Assembly (NCBI GenBank): GCA_965662845.1
Contig: CBFIJD010000003.1
Span: 32,001 to 96,000, forward strand
Direction of reading: 5' to 3'
DNA: 64,000 nucleotides
DNA from: an uncultured bacterium
Lineage (GTDB): Bacteria; SAR324; NAC60-12
The notes under the pieces are model-generated. The model saw nothing but the letters and a program-made list of their open reading frames with translations. It did no database searches and was not told the DNA's origin. This document shows, one piece after another, positions 22,896-32,566 of the stretch (within the stretch, counting starts at the first letter, position 1; every line of letters starts with the position of its first letter). The translations under genes were made by a program, and so were the position numbers.

Positions 22896-25800
22896 CTACG
22901 AACGCGGAGGCTGCCGTAATTCGGAGACGATGCGCTCGATAATCTCGGGCATCGCATCGCTGAGCGCTTTTTGAACAGAGCGAGCAATCATGCTCTCCAT
23001 CACTGTTTCTAGGGAAGCGATGCTCGCTGGGGCCGCTGGCTGGACGGGAGTTTCTGTTGTGCTTGGCGATGCTGTCGCAGCTACTGCGGGGACTTCTGAT
23101 TCTTCTTCCAGGGCCCCCACTGCGTCGTCCCAGTCCTCAAAAGTCTCTTCTTCCAGCATCTCTGGAGAACCAGAATCTGCAGGGGCAGACTCTTCTTCCA
23201 GGGCCCCCACTGCGTCGTCCCAGTCTTCAAACGTCTCTTCTTCCAACATCTCTGGAGAACTAGAATCTACAGGGGCAGACTCTTCTTCCAGGGCCCCCAC
23301 CGCGTCGTCCCAGTCCTCAAACGTCTCTTCTTCCAGCATCTCTGGAGAATCAGAATCTGCAGGAGCGGACTCTTCTTCCAGGGCATCCACCGCGTCGTCC
23401 CAGTTCCCAAACGTCTCTTCTTCCAAAATTTCTGGTTCCTCGCCTTCAAGTGCGGTGAGCTCGTCTTCTAAGCCATCATCGTCAAGGGAGAGTTCCTGCA
23501 TTTCTGGCTCTTGCTGCTCGAGGGCTGCCATTTCGTTGCCCAGTTCTGTCAACTCTCCGAGCGCAGCGTCTGCTTCGGCTTCAGCGGCTTCCAGTTCACC
23601 TTCTGTAGGTTCAGAGTCAGCTTCGGCGGTGGGCTCTGGTTCTGGTTCTGAGGCCACTGGTGCGGGCGTTTGTAGGCTGTCTAGGTCTTGCTCAAAGACT
23701 TGGAATTTGCGGCGTTTTGGCTTGGCAGCGGCGGGTTCTGGTGCCAGCTCTGCTGTCTCATTGGCGGGCACTGGCTCAAATTCTGGTTCGGGGACGCTCA
23801 GCTCTTCGTCTTCTTCAAGATCAAAAGGCGAGTCATCTTCAAAGCCTTCGGAGAGCGTGATCTCCTCATCATCGGCAGGTTCTTCTAAGGAGTCGTCTTC
23901 CAAGGCCGCAGGTTCGGCGTTTTCGTCCATTTCCGCTTCAGCGGCAGAGAGCGGCGCCTCAAAATCGCCGAAGTCTTCATCAACGCTGATATGGAACTCA
24001 TCACCATCGTCGTCTGCCAGCGCCAGCGCTGATTGGGCTTCGGCGTCCATATCTTCCAGCACATCTATCAGGTCAGGTTCGTGCTCAAAGCTGCTGTGCT
24101 CTGTCACGAGCATGCAGTCATATTCTTCTTGCTCTTGGGCCATCTCCTCGTCTTCCAGCGTCGCAGTAATCAGGTAGTAATCCATCTCTTTGACGTTTGG
24201 TGTGAAGCGCGCACGCGCTGGCCCTGAACCATCGATGGCTTCCATCGCCTTCAAGGTGGTCGGGAGTTTGGGTTCAAAGTCATTGAGGTCGAGCCGAATC
24301 GAGGTTGTCTCTCGCAGTTCTTGATCGAGGTCGGGCTCTTTAGTCCAGACTTCTTCAACCGGCGCATCAAAGTCATTCAATCCCAGCCCGATGTCGGTCA
24401 TGACCACACCTTGCGAGGAGGTCACCGGACGATCGACCGGCCCCTGCTGCACGAGGTTTGCGGTTGAAGGCACTTCGTTGCTCATCTCGTCGTCGGCGTC
24501 TTCGGCTTCTACACTAGCGTCTAGGGCGGGGGCGACTTGGGACTCGTCGGCCTCTAGCTCAGCCCCAAAGTCATCTTCCATGTTCAGGTCTAACTCCTCG
24601 TCGTCGTCCAACATCAACTCATCTGCCGGATCTGCTGAAGGAGCGGCAGCCGCAGGAGCGTCTGCGGTCTCTTCGGCCCCAAAGTCATCTTCCATGTTCA
24701 GATCCAGCTCCTCGTCATCGGCCCCAAAGCCATCTTCCATGTTCAGATCTAGCTCCTCGTCATCGGCGGCCTCTGCTGTTGGAGATTCGGTCTCTGCTGG
24801 AGCAATCGACGGCACGGTGGGCTCGTCTTCTGCGGCGAGGAGCGGTTCGTCTTCGCTGAACGAGTCGTCTTCGTCGATGAGCATAAAGTCATCCTCGGCC
24901 TCGGCAGCTTCGTATTCAGCCATTGAGTGCACATCATCCCAAGAAGCGACTTCTTCTACGTCGGACAAGTCTGCGAAGGGTTCGTCTTCAACGGCGCCAG
25001 CTTCCAATTCTTCGGTTTCTAGTTCTGCGGGGGTTGGCTCCTCAGCTGTGGTAGACTCTGCTGATTCGGTCGCTAGCTGTTCTGGTTCTGGTTCAGCTTC
25101 TGGTTCCGGGGCTGCGACAGAGGGTTCCGGAGCGACGTCGGCTTCTAGCTCTGCGACTTTGAACTGCGCTTGCGGCAGATAGTCGGCGTCATGCTGCATC
25201 ATGTTCGGGCCAACTTCCATGGTGGCTTCTTCGCTGAGCAAAGAGTCCAGCGACTGCAGGTCTTCGTCGTCACCCGCAGGCTCGTCACCCGCAGGCTGGT
25301 CTTCCGTTGGCGCGGCTTGGGTTGGTTCAATTTCGGGCTCTTCAGCCCGTTTTGGTTCTTCAGCCATAGAGGGTTCTTCATTGGAGAGGGGTTCTTCCGA
25401 CATCAGGGGCTCTTCGCCTTCCATTTCAGCGCTAAAATCGACATCAGGAACTTCTTCCTCTTCAATCAGCGGAGCGGAGACTTGCTTCGGAGCAGGGGTC
25501 GCGTCGGACATATCAAGGACAGCTTCATCAGAATGTGCAGACTCCTCTGGTTCCGCTACAGGCGCTTCGGTTACCTCCTCTTCTAGAGGGGGCTCCCCGA
25601 TTGCCGAGCCGCTCCAGTCGTCCTCGGCTGCGGTGACAGCGGGGGTTGGCGGGGGCGGCGGCGTAGCGGAAGCAGTTGCTGGCGCAGCGGGGGCTGAGGG
25701 CAGGTCATCTTCTTCAGAGTCTTGTATCAAGCCCAGCATTTCGTCATCAAACACATTGACTTCATCGCTGGCGTCGGGCCCCAGGCTGAGTTCGACAGAG

Positions 25801-26156
25801 GGCAAGTGGCGCTGAATGTGTTCTTGCAAGGTCGCGGCTTCAAACGGCTTGCGAATCATCCCTTGCAGTCCCAGCGCTTGGAGTTGCTCCTCTTGAACAT
25901 TGTCGCGCGCATTCACCAGCAAGATGCGCGGGATGTGACGCAGCTCCGGGTGCAGCTGCAGCTGCTTGCACAGCGCATAGTCGCGACGCTGATCCGCGTT
26001 GCTAATGAACATTAACGCGGCTTGGGTCTCCACAGCCAGTTGCACAAAGCGCTCCGGGTTGCTCTCTTGCACCAGCTCCACTTGATCGCTGATTGTAGAG
26101 GCGATGAGGCCTTGGATGGCTTGATTTTCTTCGAAGACAAGAACCGCATTCGACAT
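22896..26156 (-). CDS. Pseudo-receiver protein with very long acidic disordered region and C-terminal helix (RomR-like architecture)
   Basis: N-terminal receiver fold (IRKPF), about 900 aa E/D/P/A-rich region, C-terminal ARSVQKALSDAMPEIIERIVSELR. Confidence 0.8.
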   Translation of the reverse strand: MSNAVLVFEENQAIQGLIASTISDQVELVQESNPERFVQLAVETQAALMFISNADQRRDYALCKQLQLHPELRHIPRILLVNARDNVQEEQLQALGLQGMIRKPFEAATLQEHIQRHLPSVELSLGPDASDEVNVFDDEMLGLIQDSEEDDLPSAPAAPATASATPPPPPTPAVTAAEDDWSGSAIGEPPLEEEVTEAPVAEPEESAHSDEAVLDMSDATPAPKQVSAPLIEEEEVPDVDFSAEMEGEEPLMSEEPLSNEEPSMAEEPKRAEEPEIEPTQAAPTEDQPAGDEPAGDDEDLQSLDSLLSEEATMEVGPNMMQHDADYLPQAQFKVAELEADVAPEPSVAAPEPEAEPEPEQLATESAESTTAEEPTPAELETEELEAGAVEDEPFADLSDVEEVASWDDVHSMAEYEAAEAEDDFMLIDEDDSFSEDEPLLAAEDEPTVPSIAPAETESPTAEAADDEELDLNMEDGFGADDEELDLNMEDDFGAEETADAPAAAAPSADPADELMLDDDEELDLNMEDDFGAELEADESQVAPALDASVEAEDADDEMSNEVPSTANLVQQGPVDRPVTSSQGVVMTDIGLGLNDFDAPVEEVWTKEPDLDQELRETTSIRLDLNDFEPKLPTTLKAMEAIDGSGPARARFTPNVKEMDYYLITATLEDEEMAQEQEEYDCMLVTEHSSFEHEPDLIDVLEDMDAEAQSALALADDDGDEFHISVDEDFGDFEAPLSAAEAEMDENAEPAALEDDSLEEPADDEEITLSEGFEDDSPFDLEEDEELSVPEPEFEPVPANETAELAPEPAAAKPKRRKFQVFEQDLDSLQTPAPVASEPEPEPTAEADSEPTEGELEAAEAEADAALGELTELGNEMAALEQQEPEMQELSLDDDGLEDELTALEGEEPEILEEETFGNWDDAVDALEEESAPADSDSPEMLEEETFEDWDDAVGALEEESAPVDSSSPEMLEEETFEDWDDAVGALEEESAPADSGSPEMLEEETFEDWDDAVGALEEESEVPAVAATASPSTTETPVQPAAPASIASLETVMESMIARSVQKALSDAMPEIIERIVSELRQPPRS
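23101..23436. repeat. 90-bp (30-aa) tandem repeat, about 3.7 copies
   Basis: TCTTCTTCCAGGGC units start at 23101, 23191, 23281, 23371; encode SAPADSxSPEMLEEETFEDWDDAVGALEEE. Confidence 0.95.
24560..24765. repeat. Three copies of DDEELDLNMED(D/G)FGA
   Basis: CATCTTCCATGTTCAG core recurs three times. Confidence 0.85.
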
Positions 26157-26422
26157 GATGATTCCTCAGCATAACACCGGTTAGAGGGGCCGGTGGATCG
26201 GGAGTTGCGCAAAACGTGGGCGAGCGTATCGGATCTGAAGCGGATTTTCCAGTACCGTGCCTTCTGCTTGCAAAGCTGGGAAAATCCGTGTGATTGCAGG
26301 GTGCATTTCGTGAACAGCCCTACAATCGACGTCACAAATTTCAGAAAAATTCACCTCAGATGAACCAGACACTCTCTCGTGAACCAGAGTAGGCAAAAAC
26401 TTCTGCAAACAACGTGCATGCG

Positions 26423-27478
26423 ATGATTTCGATTCTTTCTCGCTATCTAGCGCAAGAGTTTCTGCGCTTCTTCCTACTGTTTTTGCTGGCGTTTCTCGCC
26501 ATCACCCTGCTGGGGAACCTCGTCGAGAACATCAACGACGCGTTCTCCGGACAGGAAGGATTGTTGCGTTTTCTGCGTCAAACAGCGCTTTTGCTGCCCT
26601 TGCTGCTAGAGCTCACGCTTCCTGTCACCGTTTTGCTCGCGACGATTGCCGCCTTCAGCGCCCTGAGTCGCACCTCAGAGATTGTTGCGATGCGCGCCTC
26701 AGGGGTCGGACCTCAACGTCTCGTGCGTCCCGTGCTCGGGGTCGCTACGGTAATCGCGATCGCGGGATACGTTACGCAGCACTATGCGCAACCATGGATG
26801 CAGACGCATTGGAGCGAAAATGCAGCCGTAGGTGGCAGGCCCTCCCAATGGAAACTCGGCGGAGAGCGACAGCTTTTTTATTTCGGCGCCCGCCAAGCCG
26901 ACGGAGTGGTGGAGACGCTCGCGAGCTTTGGCTGGATCGACTCCCCAAGCTACCACCTAGAGCAGCAATTTCTCGCTCAGCACGCACGCGCCAGCGACGA
27001 GGCGTGGGAGCTCCAGCGTGTGCAGCAGCGCGTGTTTGCTTCTGCAGCGCTACAATTTCAAGCGTTTGATCAGGAACGACGGCCTCTGAACACAATCCCA
27101 GCCGTTTCCTTTGACTCCTATCGCAATCCACACCATATCCCTCTCGGCCAGCTGTGGGACCTCATTGGGCAACGACGAGATCAAGGCTTGGATGTCACCG
27201 CACACTGGGTTGAGTTCTTTCAGAAACTCGCGTACCCCGCGCATCTCTTCGTGATGATTGGCATTGGGATGGCGCTCTCTGCGACACATCACCGACAGAC
27301 CAAAGCCGCTGAGTCGCTGGCCATCGCCGTCTTCATCGGTGTCATGTTCTGGATTCTTAATCAAATTTTGCTGGCGGTGGGGCATGCTGGCGCCCTCCCC
27401 GCTTGGTTTGCAGCGTGGGGCACCAACCTGTTATTCGCAGGAGTTGCGGTCGGCTTGTTGTGGTGGAAGCGAACCTGA
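26423..27478 (+). CDS. LptF/LptG-family LPS export permease
   Basis: ILSRYL, SEIVAMRASGV, FQKLAYP, 3+3 TM layout. Confidence 0.88.
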   Translation: MISILSRYLAQEFLRFFLLFLLAFLAITLLGNLVENINDAFSGQEGLLRFLRQTALLLPLLLELTLPVTVLLATIAAFSALSRTSEIVAMRASGVGPQRLVRPVLGVATVIAIAGYVTQHYAQPWMQTHWSENAAVGGRPSQWKLGGERQLFYFGARQADGVVETLASFGWIDSPSYHLEQQFLAQHARASDEAWELQRVQQRVFASAALQFQAFDQERRPLNTIPAVSFDSYRNPHHIPLGQLWDLIGQRRDQGLDVTAHWVEFFQKLAYPAHLFVMIGIGMALSATHHRQTKAAESLAIAVFIGVMFWILNQILLAVGHAGALPAWFAAWGTNLLFAGVAVGLLWWKRT

Positions 27479-27481
27479 GGG

Positions 27482-28204
27482 TTAGCGTTCGCGCATCAGG
27501 CGCTGTAGCTCCTCAAAGGACAGGTCGTTCGCTTGATCCGAACGCACAGGGGGAAGGTCACGTTGAGACGTGTTGGCGGGAGTTTGGTCTTCGTTCAACT
27601 CGGTGTCCAGCTCGCTGAAAGCCTTCGTCGCGCGCGATTGGGACAACTGCTGGGTGATCCGCTGTAGCCGCGCTTGTTGATATTCCACAATCGTTGTTCG
27701 AGCGAGACAAGCCGCCACAAACGCAGCGCGGACATCCTCGTCATCCTCATACTCTACTTTGCGAAAACTCTGGTTGCCGCGCACAAAATCACCCAACTCG
27801 GCATCTTGGCGGAACGTCGCGACGAGCGCTCGCTCGGTTTCGTCACGGAGTTGGCGCTGCTGCAATTCTACTCGAATCGCTTCCTGAACCACCCGCTCTT
27901 GCTGCTGCACTAGGTTGTCCGTTGCGTTGCGCTTTGCGACGTCAACCGCCTCTAGACCGCCTTTCTCATAGCCGAACGCGCAGTCCCACGCTTCGTCGTC
28001 ATTGTGGCCATACCAGTCGGGAGCGCCATCCAATTCAAAGACCTGCTCGCCCCGCAGATACAGGTCAAACACATAGCCCGCCAGCGTATTTCCCAGCGAA
28101 ACCGCCAGCCCAATTGCCTGCGCTGACGCGGTCGTCACAGAAAACAACAGCAGCAAGCCAGATAGACACAACACAAATAGACGCGACATAAGCAGGCCTC
28201 TCAA
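27482..28204 (-). CDS. Exported LPP20-like protein
   Basis: Signal peptide, APDWY motif, C-terminal KAFSELD helix. True start may be 28188 (MSRL). Confidence 0.6.
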   Translation of the reverse strand: MRGLLMSRLFVLCLSGLLLLFSVTTASAQAIGLAVSLGNTLAGYVFDLYLRGEQVFELDGAPDWYGHNDDEAWDCAFGYEKGGLEAVDVAKRNATDNLVQQQERVVQEAIRVELQQRQLRDETERALVATFRQDAELGDFVRGNQSFRKVEYEDDEDVRAAFVAACLARTTIVEYQQARLQRITQQLSQSRATKAFSELDTELNEDQTPANTSQRDLPPVRSDQANDLSFEELQRLMRER

Positions 28205-28662
28205 GGCGATTGAAGGTCTTCAATCAAGGCGTAAATTTCTCCCGCATCGCGATCTTTCCAAAACGAGAGCACCCGAAACTGCACGGGGATGCTCTTTCCA
28301 GAGAGGGTCACCTGCGTTTGAATCGAAGCGGAGCCGCTCAAGCGCTCTCGATTGCCCGAAATCAAGCTCGTCATTTGGTTCGTGAGTTCGCTCTGCACCG
28401 AGGCCGTGTTCCCCGCTTTCGACACCACCAGTTGGCTAACAGCGGCAGTGATCGCAAGCTCGCGAGCCTGCTTCGTGGAGCGATACGAGTAGTTGCTGGA
28501 ACCCACAAAATGTCCGACCGGGACTTCATTGATCCAAGCCGGACGCTGCAACGGATCCGCCGCGGGAGGCGCGGTCTGGGTGACTGCCGAGCACCCCAAC
28601 AGCAGCAGCCCCAGCAGCCACACTGCTCCGCGGACAACACCTCTCATTGGCTGCGCTGCCAT
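28201..28662 (-). CDS. LPP20-like lipoprotein
   Basis: Lipobox LLGC, RPAWI, ARELAITAA, EIYALI. Confidence 0.65.
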   Translation of the reverse strand: MAAQPMRGVVRGAVWLLGLLLLGCSAVTQTAPPAADPLQRPAWINEVPVGHFVGSSNYSYRSTKQARELAITAAVSQLVVSKAGNTASVQSELTNQMTSLISGNRERLSGSASIQTQVTLSGKSIPVQFRVLSFWKDRDAGEIYALIEDLQSP

Positions 28663-29693
28663 GCTTCAAACTCGCTTTGCTGCTGTTGTTGAAAGTCGGC
28701 GAACTCTTGCTCCAAGACGTGCTTGAAGAGCTGAGTCTCTGAGAATGGTCGGGGAGGGGTGAGCAGCTGTGGCTCGGCGGTGACTGGCGGTTTGGGCGCT
28801 GGCTGGTTCGCTTGGGCAGAGCGGGAAGTGTCTTTCAGCTCGGGCTCGGGCACAGAAGCTGGGGCTGCTGGCGCTGGCTGGTTCGCTTGGGCGGGACGGG
28901 AAGTGTTTTTCAGCTCAGGGGCTGGCGCTGGCTGTAACGATGAGACCGAAGACGCGACCGCTGGGGCCGCATCGGGGAGTTGGACGCCGAGCTGCGCCGC
29001 CCACGTCTGAACGACTTGAGCCTGCACCGCAAAGTTGACTCCCGTAATCGCGAGCCCATCGCTGGCTTGGCGGGCAATGCTTGTGTTCACCCCAACCAGC
29101 TCGCCGAGCATATTGAGCAGCGGTCCCCCAGAGTTGCCACGGTTCAAGCTCGCCTCCGTCTGAAAGACATGCTTGCCTCGCACTCCCTCCGAGTTGCGAA
29201 TGCGCGCGCCGATGCGCCCCGACGTGAGCGACCAGAGCCCTCCGTTCTCTGGATGCCCGATCGCCAGCACATCATCACCAATCTGCACCTGTGCGGAGTC
29301 ACCGAACAACAAAGGTTGAATATCTGAGGGCAGGTCTTTCACACGCAACAGCGCGAGGTCAAGATCGGCGTCCAAATGCAACACCTCGGCTTTGCGCCCA
29401 TCGCGGAAGTTCTGCGCGAGGTCGTCGTTTTGGTTCTCTTGACTGAGGAAGACCCAAATGCGCTCGAAGGGGCGTTCAGCGTCGAGGACGACGTGCGCAT
29501 TGGTGAGGATCAGGTTGGGCGCCACGACCGAACCCGTCCCGCGGGCGCGTTGCTGAGGGTTGCCAGCGTTGTGGCTGATCAGCAGCACAACCGCCGGGTT
29601 GGCCTGTTGGTAGATCTGTGCGGGGCTACGCTGCGACCAAGCGAGGACGGGAAGGCACAGGCACCCAAGAAGCAGCAGCAATCGGCGGGGCAT
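28644..29693 (-). CDS. Trypsin-like (S1C) serine protease without PDZ
   Basis: LTNAHVV (His), DLALL (Asp), NRGNSGGPL (Ser); signal peptide; Pro-rich tail. Confidence 0.9.
   Translation of the reverse strand: MPRRLLLLLGCLCLPVLAWSQRSPAQIYQQANPAVVLLISHNAGNPQQRARGTGSVVAPNLILTNAHVVLDAERPFERIWVFLSQENQNDDLAQNFRDGRKAEVLHLDADLDLALLRVKDLPSDIQPLLFGDSAQVQIGDDVLAIGHPENGGLWSLTSGRIGARIRNSEGVRGKHVFQTEASLNRGNSGGPLLNMLGELVGVNTSIARQASDGLAITGVNFAVQAQVVQTWAAQLGVQLPDAAPAVASSVSSLQPAPAPELKNTSRPAQANQPAPAAPASVPEPELKDTSRSAQANQPAPKPPVTAEPQLLTPPRPFSETQLFKHVLEQEFADFQQQQQSEFEAWQRSQ
28795..28920. repeat. Direct duplication with 75-bp period in the protease linker
   Basis: PELKNTSRPAQANQPAP / PELKDTSRSAQANQPAP. Confidence 0.85.
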
Positions 29694-29745
29694 AGGAACG
29701 CTCTCAAGAGGATGGAAAAAGCAGCCGCAGGCGCGGCGCTGTTTT

Positions 29746-30381
29746 TTAGGACTGTGGCTCTGCGCCGAACTCACCTTCGATCATCTTGTCCATCTCAGCG
29801 CCTAGTTCCTGCTGCGCTTTTTCTCCCAAGAAGCGCTGCCACGCGGCTTGTTGATTCTTGTAGCTGTTCTGCGCCGCTTGCTTGGCCGCTGTCGCAGCTT
29901 GCTGCGCATCGAGCACCACGAGAGCGTAGGTCGTGCCGTCGGGGCCTGTGCGATACTGAATCGCTTTGGAGCCATAGAGCATCTCGGCGGTAATCTGCCG
30001 TTGGGTTACGGACGCGACGGCGTCAATCGTTTCTTGGTCTCCGACGCCTGTCGTCTCAGCGTGATTCTTGACCATGGCGCCGACCTTGGCACGCATTTCT
30101 GTCGCTAATTGAACGCGTCCGTCAGCAGCCGCTTGATTCCGTGCGAAGCTGATGCCCGCTCCGGTGCCACGAAAGGAGCCAATCGATGAAACCGGGTAGC
30201 CTTCCACCGGAGTGCCGCAGACCCAATCGGGGGCTCGGGTTTCACTCCCAGGGTAGTAGCACTCGTTGGGGTCTGGACCGACGACGGTCGTAGGCTCGAT
30301 GCTGGTGGTCTTCTCTGAACAGGCGACGGCGCCCAGAACAAATAATGGTAAAGCCAGACGAGATAGATGATGACGCTTCAT
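29746..30381 (-). CDS. LPP20-family lipoprotein
   Basis: Lipobox AVAC, APDWVC, ARNQAAADGRVQLA, TYALV. Confidence 0.8.
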   Translation of the reverse strand: MKRHHLSRLALPLFVLGAVACSEKTTSIEPTTVVGPDPNECYYPGSETRAPDWVCGTPVEGYPVSSIGSFRGTGAGISFARNQAAADGRVQLATEMRAKVGAMVKNHAETTGVGDQETIDAVASVTQRQITAEMLYGSKAIQYRTGPDGTTYALVVLDAQQAATAAKQAAQNSYKNQQAAWQRFLGEKAQQELGAEMDKMIEGEFGAEPQS

Positions 30382-30842
30382 AGAGATTCTCAGTTTGGGT
30401 TGTGTCGGAAGAGAGGCGTGAAAGCGAAACTGCTCAAAAGTCAAAAGTACAAAATGCTACGCAGATTTGTGCATGACGACAAGCGAAAAGTCGAGAATGC
30501 AAAACACTACGCGAATTTGTGCGCGAGGGCAATCTTTTGGGAACAGTCTCGGAAGACGTCTGCGCTGACGGATGCTTCAGGTGGTCGGCCAACCTAGCGA
30601 GCCAAGCGTCGCGCTGAGGCGAGTCGTCTACTGTAGCGCATCGTCGAGGAAGAGAGAGCCGTGTGCCGAATTTTTCTGGCTCACCGCTGCCAGTCTCTCG
30701 GCTTTGGCGTTCAGGTCTGCCAGCTTCTCATGGGTCTCGCGCAGGCTTTTGGCTTGCTCTACCCACAGAGCCCGCGTAGAACCGCACCCCACCGATTTCG
30801 TACCTTTTCTGTTTATGCTCTCACCTTTAGGAGGATCGCCTC

Positions 30843-32486
30843 GTGGAAACCTACAGTCTGGAAAATCCTTTTGAAACCGCAGCGACGACTGCGACGACAT
30901 CGCCAGAAAACACTTACGAGCGCATGGTCAGGCGGGGGGCTGAGCTGATCAACAAACCGCGTCAAGGCGGGGGGCCGTCACGGATTCGCGTGCAGCACAG
31001 CAAGGAGCGCATGACCATCTGGGAGCGGCTGCGTGTGCTCACCGAAAACGAGCCGCACATCACATTTCAGAATTGGGGGCCGGCCCTAGACGGCGCTTCT
31101 ATTGTGACGGGGATTTTGAACATTCAAGGGCGGGACGTCGCCTTCTACGGACATGACTTCACCGTCCGCGCCGGCTCGATGGACGCCACCAACGGCGCCA
31201 AACTTGCGCGTCAGATTTTGATGGCTGCCGAGCATGGCATTCCCCTCGTTGGCATGAACGACTCCGCTGGCGCGTTTGTGCCCGCGGGCGTTGGTGGCCT
31301 CGACGGGTACTCAGAGGCGTTCTCGGCGATGCGTAAAATTAGCGGAGTCGTGCCGTCCATCATGCTGATGTTTGGCTACAACGCCGGTGGCGGAGCATAC
31401 CTGCCACGTCAAGGTTCTTTTTTGATTCAACCGCAGAACACCTTCTTCGGCCTGACGGGCCCCAGTGTCGTTCGTGAGGCTTTGGGCGAAGACATCACCG
31501 CAGATGACCTTGGAGGCCCGAAGGTGCACACCCAAAGTGGGGTCGTCGACTTAGAAGCAACCGACGAGCTTGGCGCTCTGCGCATGGCGCTGCGTCTGCT
31601 TGGTTATTTGCCAGACAACAACCATTCCCTCGCGACGTACAACAGCAACTTTGGTTCATTGGAGGAGAGAGTCGACGAAGAAGAAGTCTTGCTGCGAAAG
31701 ACCTTCTCGAACCCAATCACGGGCTTCAACACACCGCTAGACATGCGACTGCTGCTGCAACAAATTGCCGACTATGGCGACTACTTTGAGATCCAGCCGT
31801 CCCGGGCGCGGCAAGTCATCACCGCGTTCGCGCGACTCGGTGGCTATGTCACTGGATTCATTGGCAACAACAGCGCCTTCAACTCGGGCAACATCGACGT
31901 TCAAGCTTCGCGCAAGGTCGCCAAGTTCATCCGCTTCTGCAACTTATACAACATCCCCGTCGTCTTTTTGATGGACGTGGCCGGCTTCGCGCCTGGGTCG
32001 GAACAAGAGACGCTCGGGATTGTGCAGGCGGGACGCGAGATGATGGACGCCATTATTGATCTTCGTGTGCCTCGCCTGACGCTGATCGTGCGGAATGCGT
32101 TTGGAGGCGCCTACTGCGCGTGGAACAGCTATCACATCGGCGCAGATTACGTGTTCTCGCTGCCAACTGCACGGATCGCGGTGATGGGTCCAGCCGGACG
32201 TCAGTACATATACAAAGATGATTTCCGGGCGATCACCAAAGCCTTCGATCAAAACTTAGCCAACGGCATGAGCGAAGCCGAGGCCATCGCGCAGCGCGAT
32301 CAAGCCATGGCGGCGCTGACCGCCCGCTATGAGGAAGAGCTTCTCAACCCCGAAGAAGCCCTGAAGTTAGGATCCGTCTCACAGCTGGTGATGCCAGGTT
32401 ACAGCCGCAAAGTCCTCGGACAAACGCTCCACTACATGATGCGTCACTACCAACCCTCAGCGATGTCGAGCATGCAGCGCGAATAA
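30843..32486 (+). CDS. Acyl-CoA carboxylase carboxyltransferase subunit
   Basis: AGGAGG SD + [44 protein letters not shown]. Confidence 0.92.
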   Translation: METYSLENPFETAATTATTSPENTYERMVRRGAELINKPRQGGGPSRIRVQHSKERMTIWERLRVLTENEPHITFQNWGPALDGASIVTGILNIQGRDVAFYGHDFTVRAGSMDATNGAKLARQILMAAEHGIPLVGMNDSAGAFVPAGVGGLDGYSEAFSAMRKISGVVPSIMLMFGYNAGGGAYLPRQGSFLIQPQNTFFGLTGPSVVREALGEDITADDLGGPKVHTQSGVVDLEATDELGALRMALRLLGYLPDNNHSLATYNSNFGSLEERVDEEEVLLRKTFSNPITGFNTPLDMRLLLQQIADYGDYFEIQPSRARQVITAFARLGGYVTGFIGNNSAFNSGNIDVQASRKVAKFIRFCNLYNIPVVFLMDVAGFAPGSEQETLGIVQAGREMMDAIIDLRVPRLTLIVRNAFGGAYCAWNSYHIGADYVFSLPTARIAVMGPAGRQYIYKDDFRAITKAFDQNLANGMSEAEAIAQRDQAMAALTARYEEELLNPEEALKLGSVSQLVMPGYSRKVLGQTLHYMMRHYQPSAMSSMQRE

Positions 32487-32566
32487 GCTGTGGGGTGCAT
32501 CTCTGTCTTCGGCCTCCGCTGTTTGGGGGCCGCCTCTCTGCCGACCAACCTCTCCTGAGCCCGCAA

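Noticed and set aside
23101..23436. Possible CRISPR array
   Set aside because: Contiguous in-frame 90-bp coding repeats with no unique spacers and no cas genes.
22990..25815. Long Ser-rich plus-strand ORFs (395, 263, 204 aa)
   Set aside because: Antisense shadows of the Glu/Asp-rich minus-strand gene.
30560..30830. Glycine riboswitch (GAGAGAGCC...GCCGAA) or small ORF 30628-30900
   Set aside because: Lacks GAAGG..CAA and CTCTCAGG elements; the ORF overlaps the CT start and has no motif.
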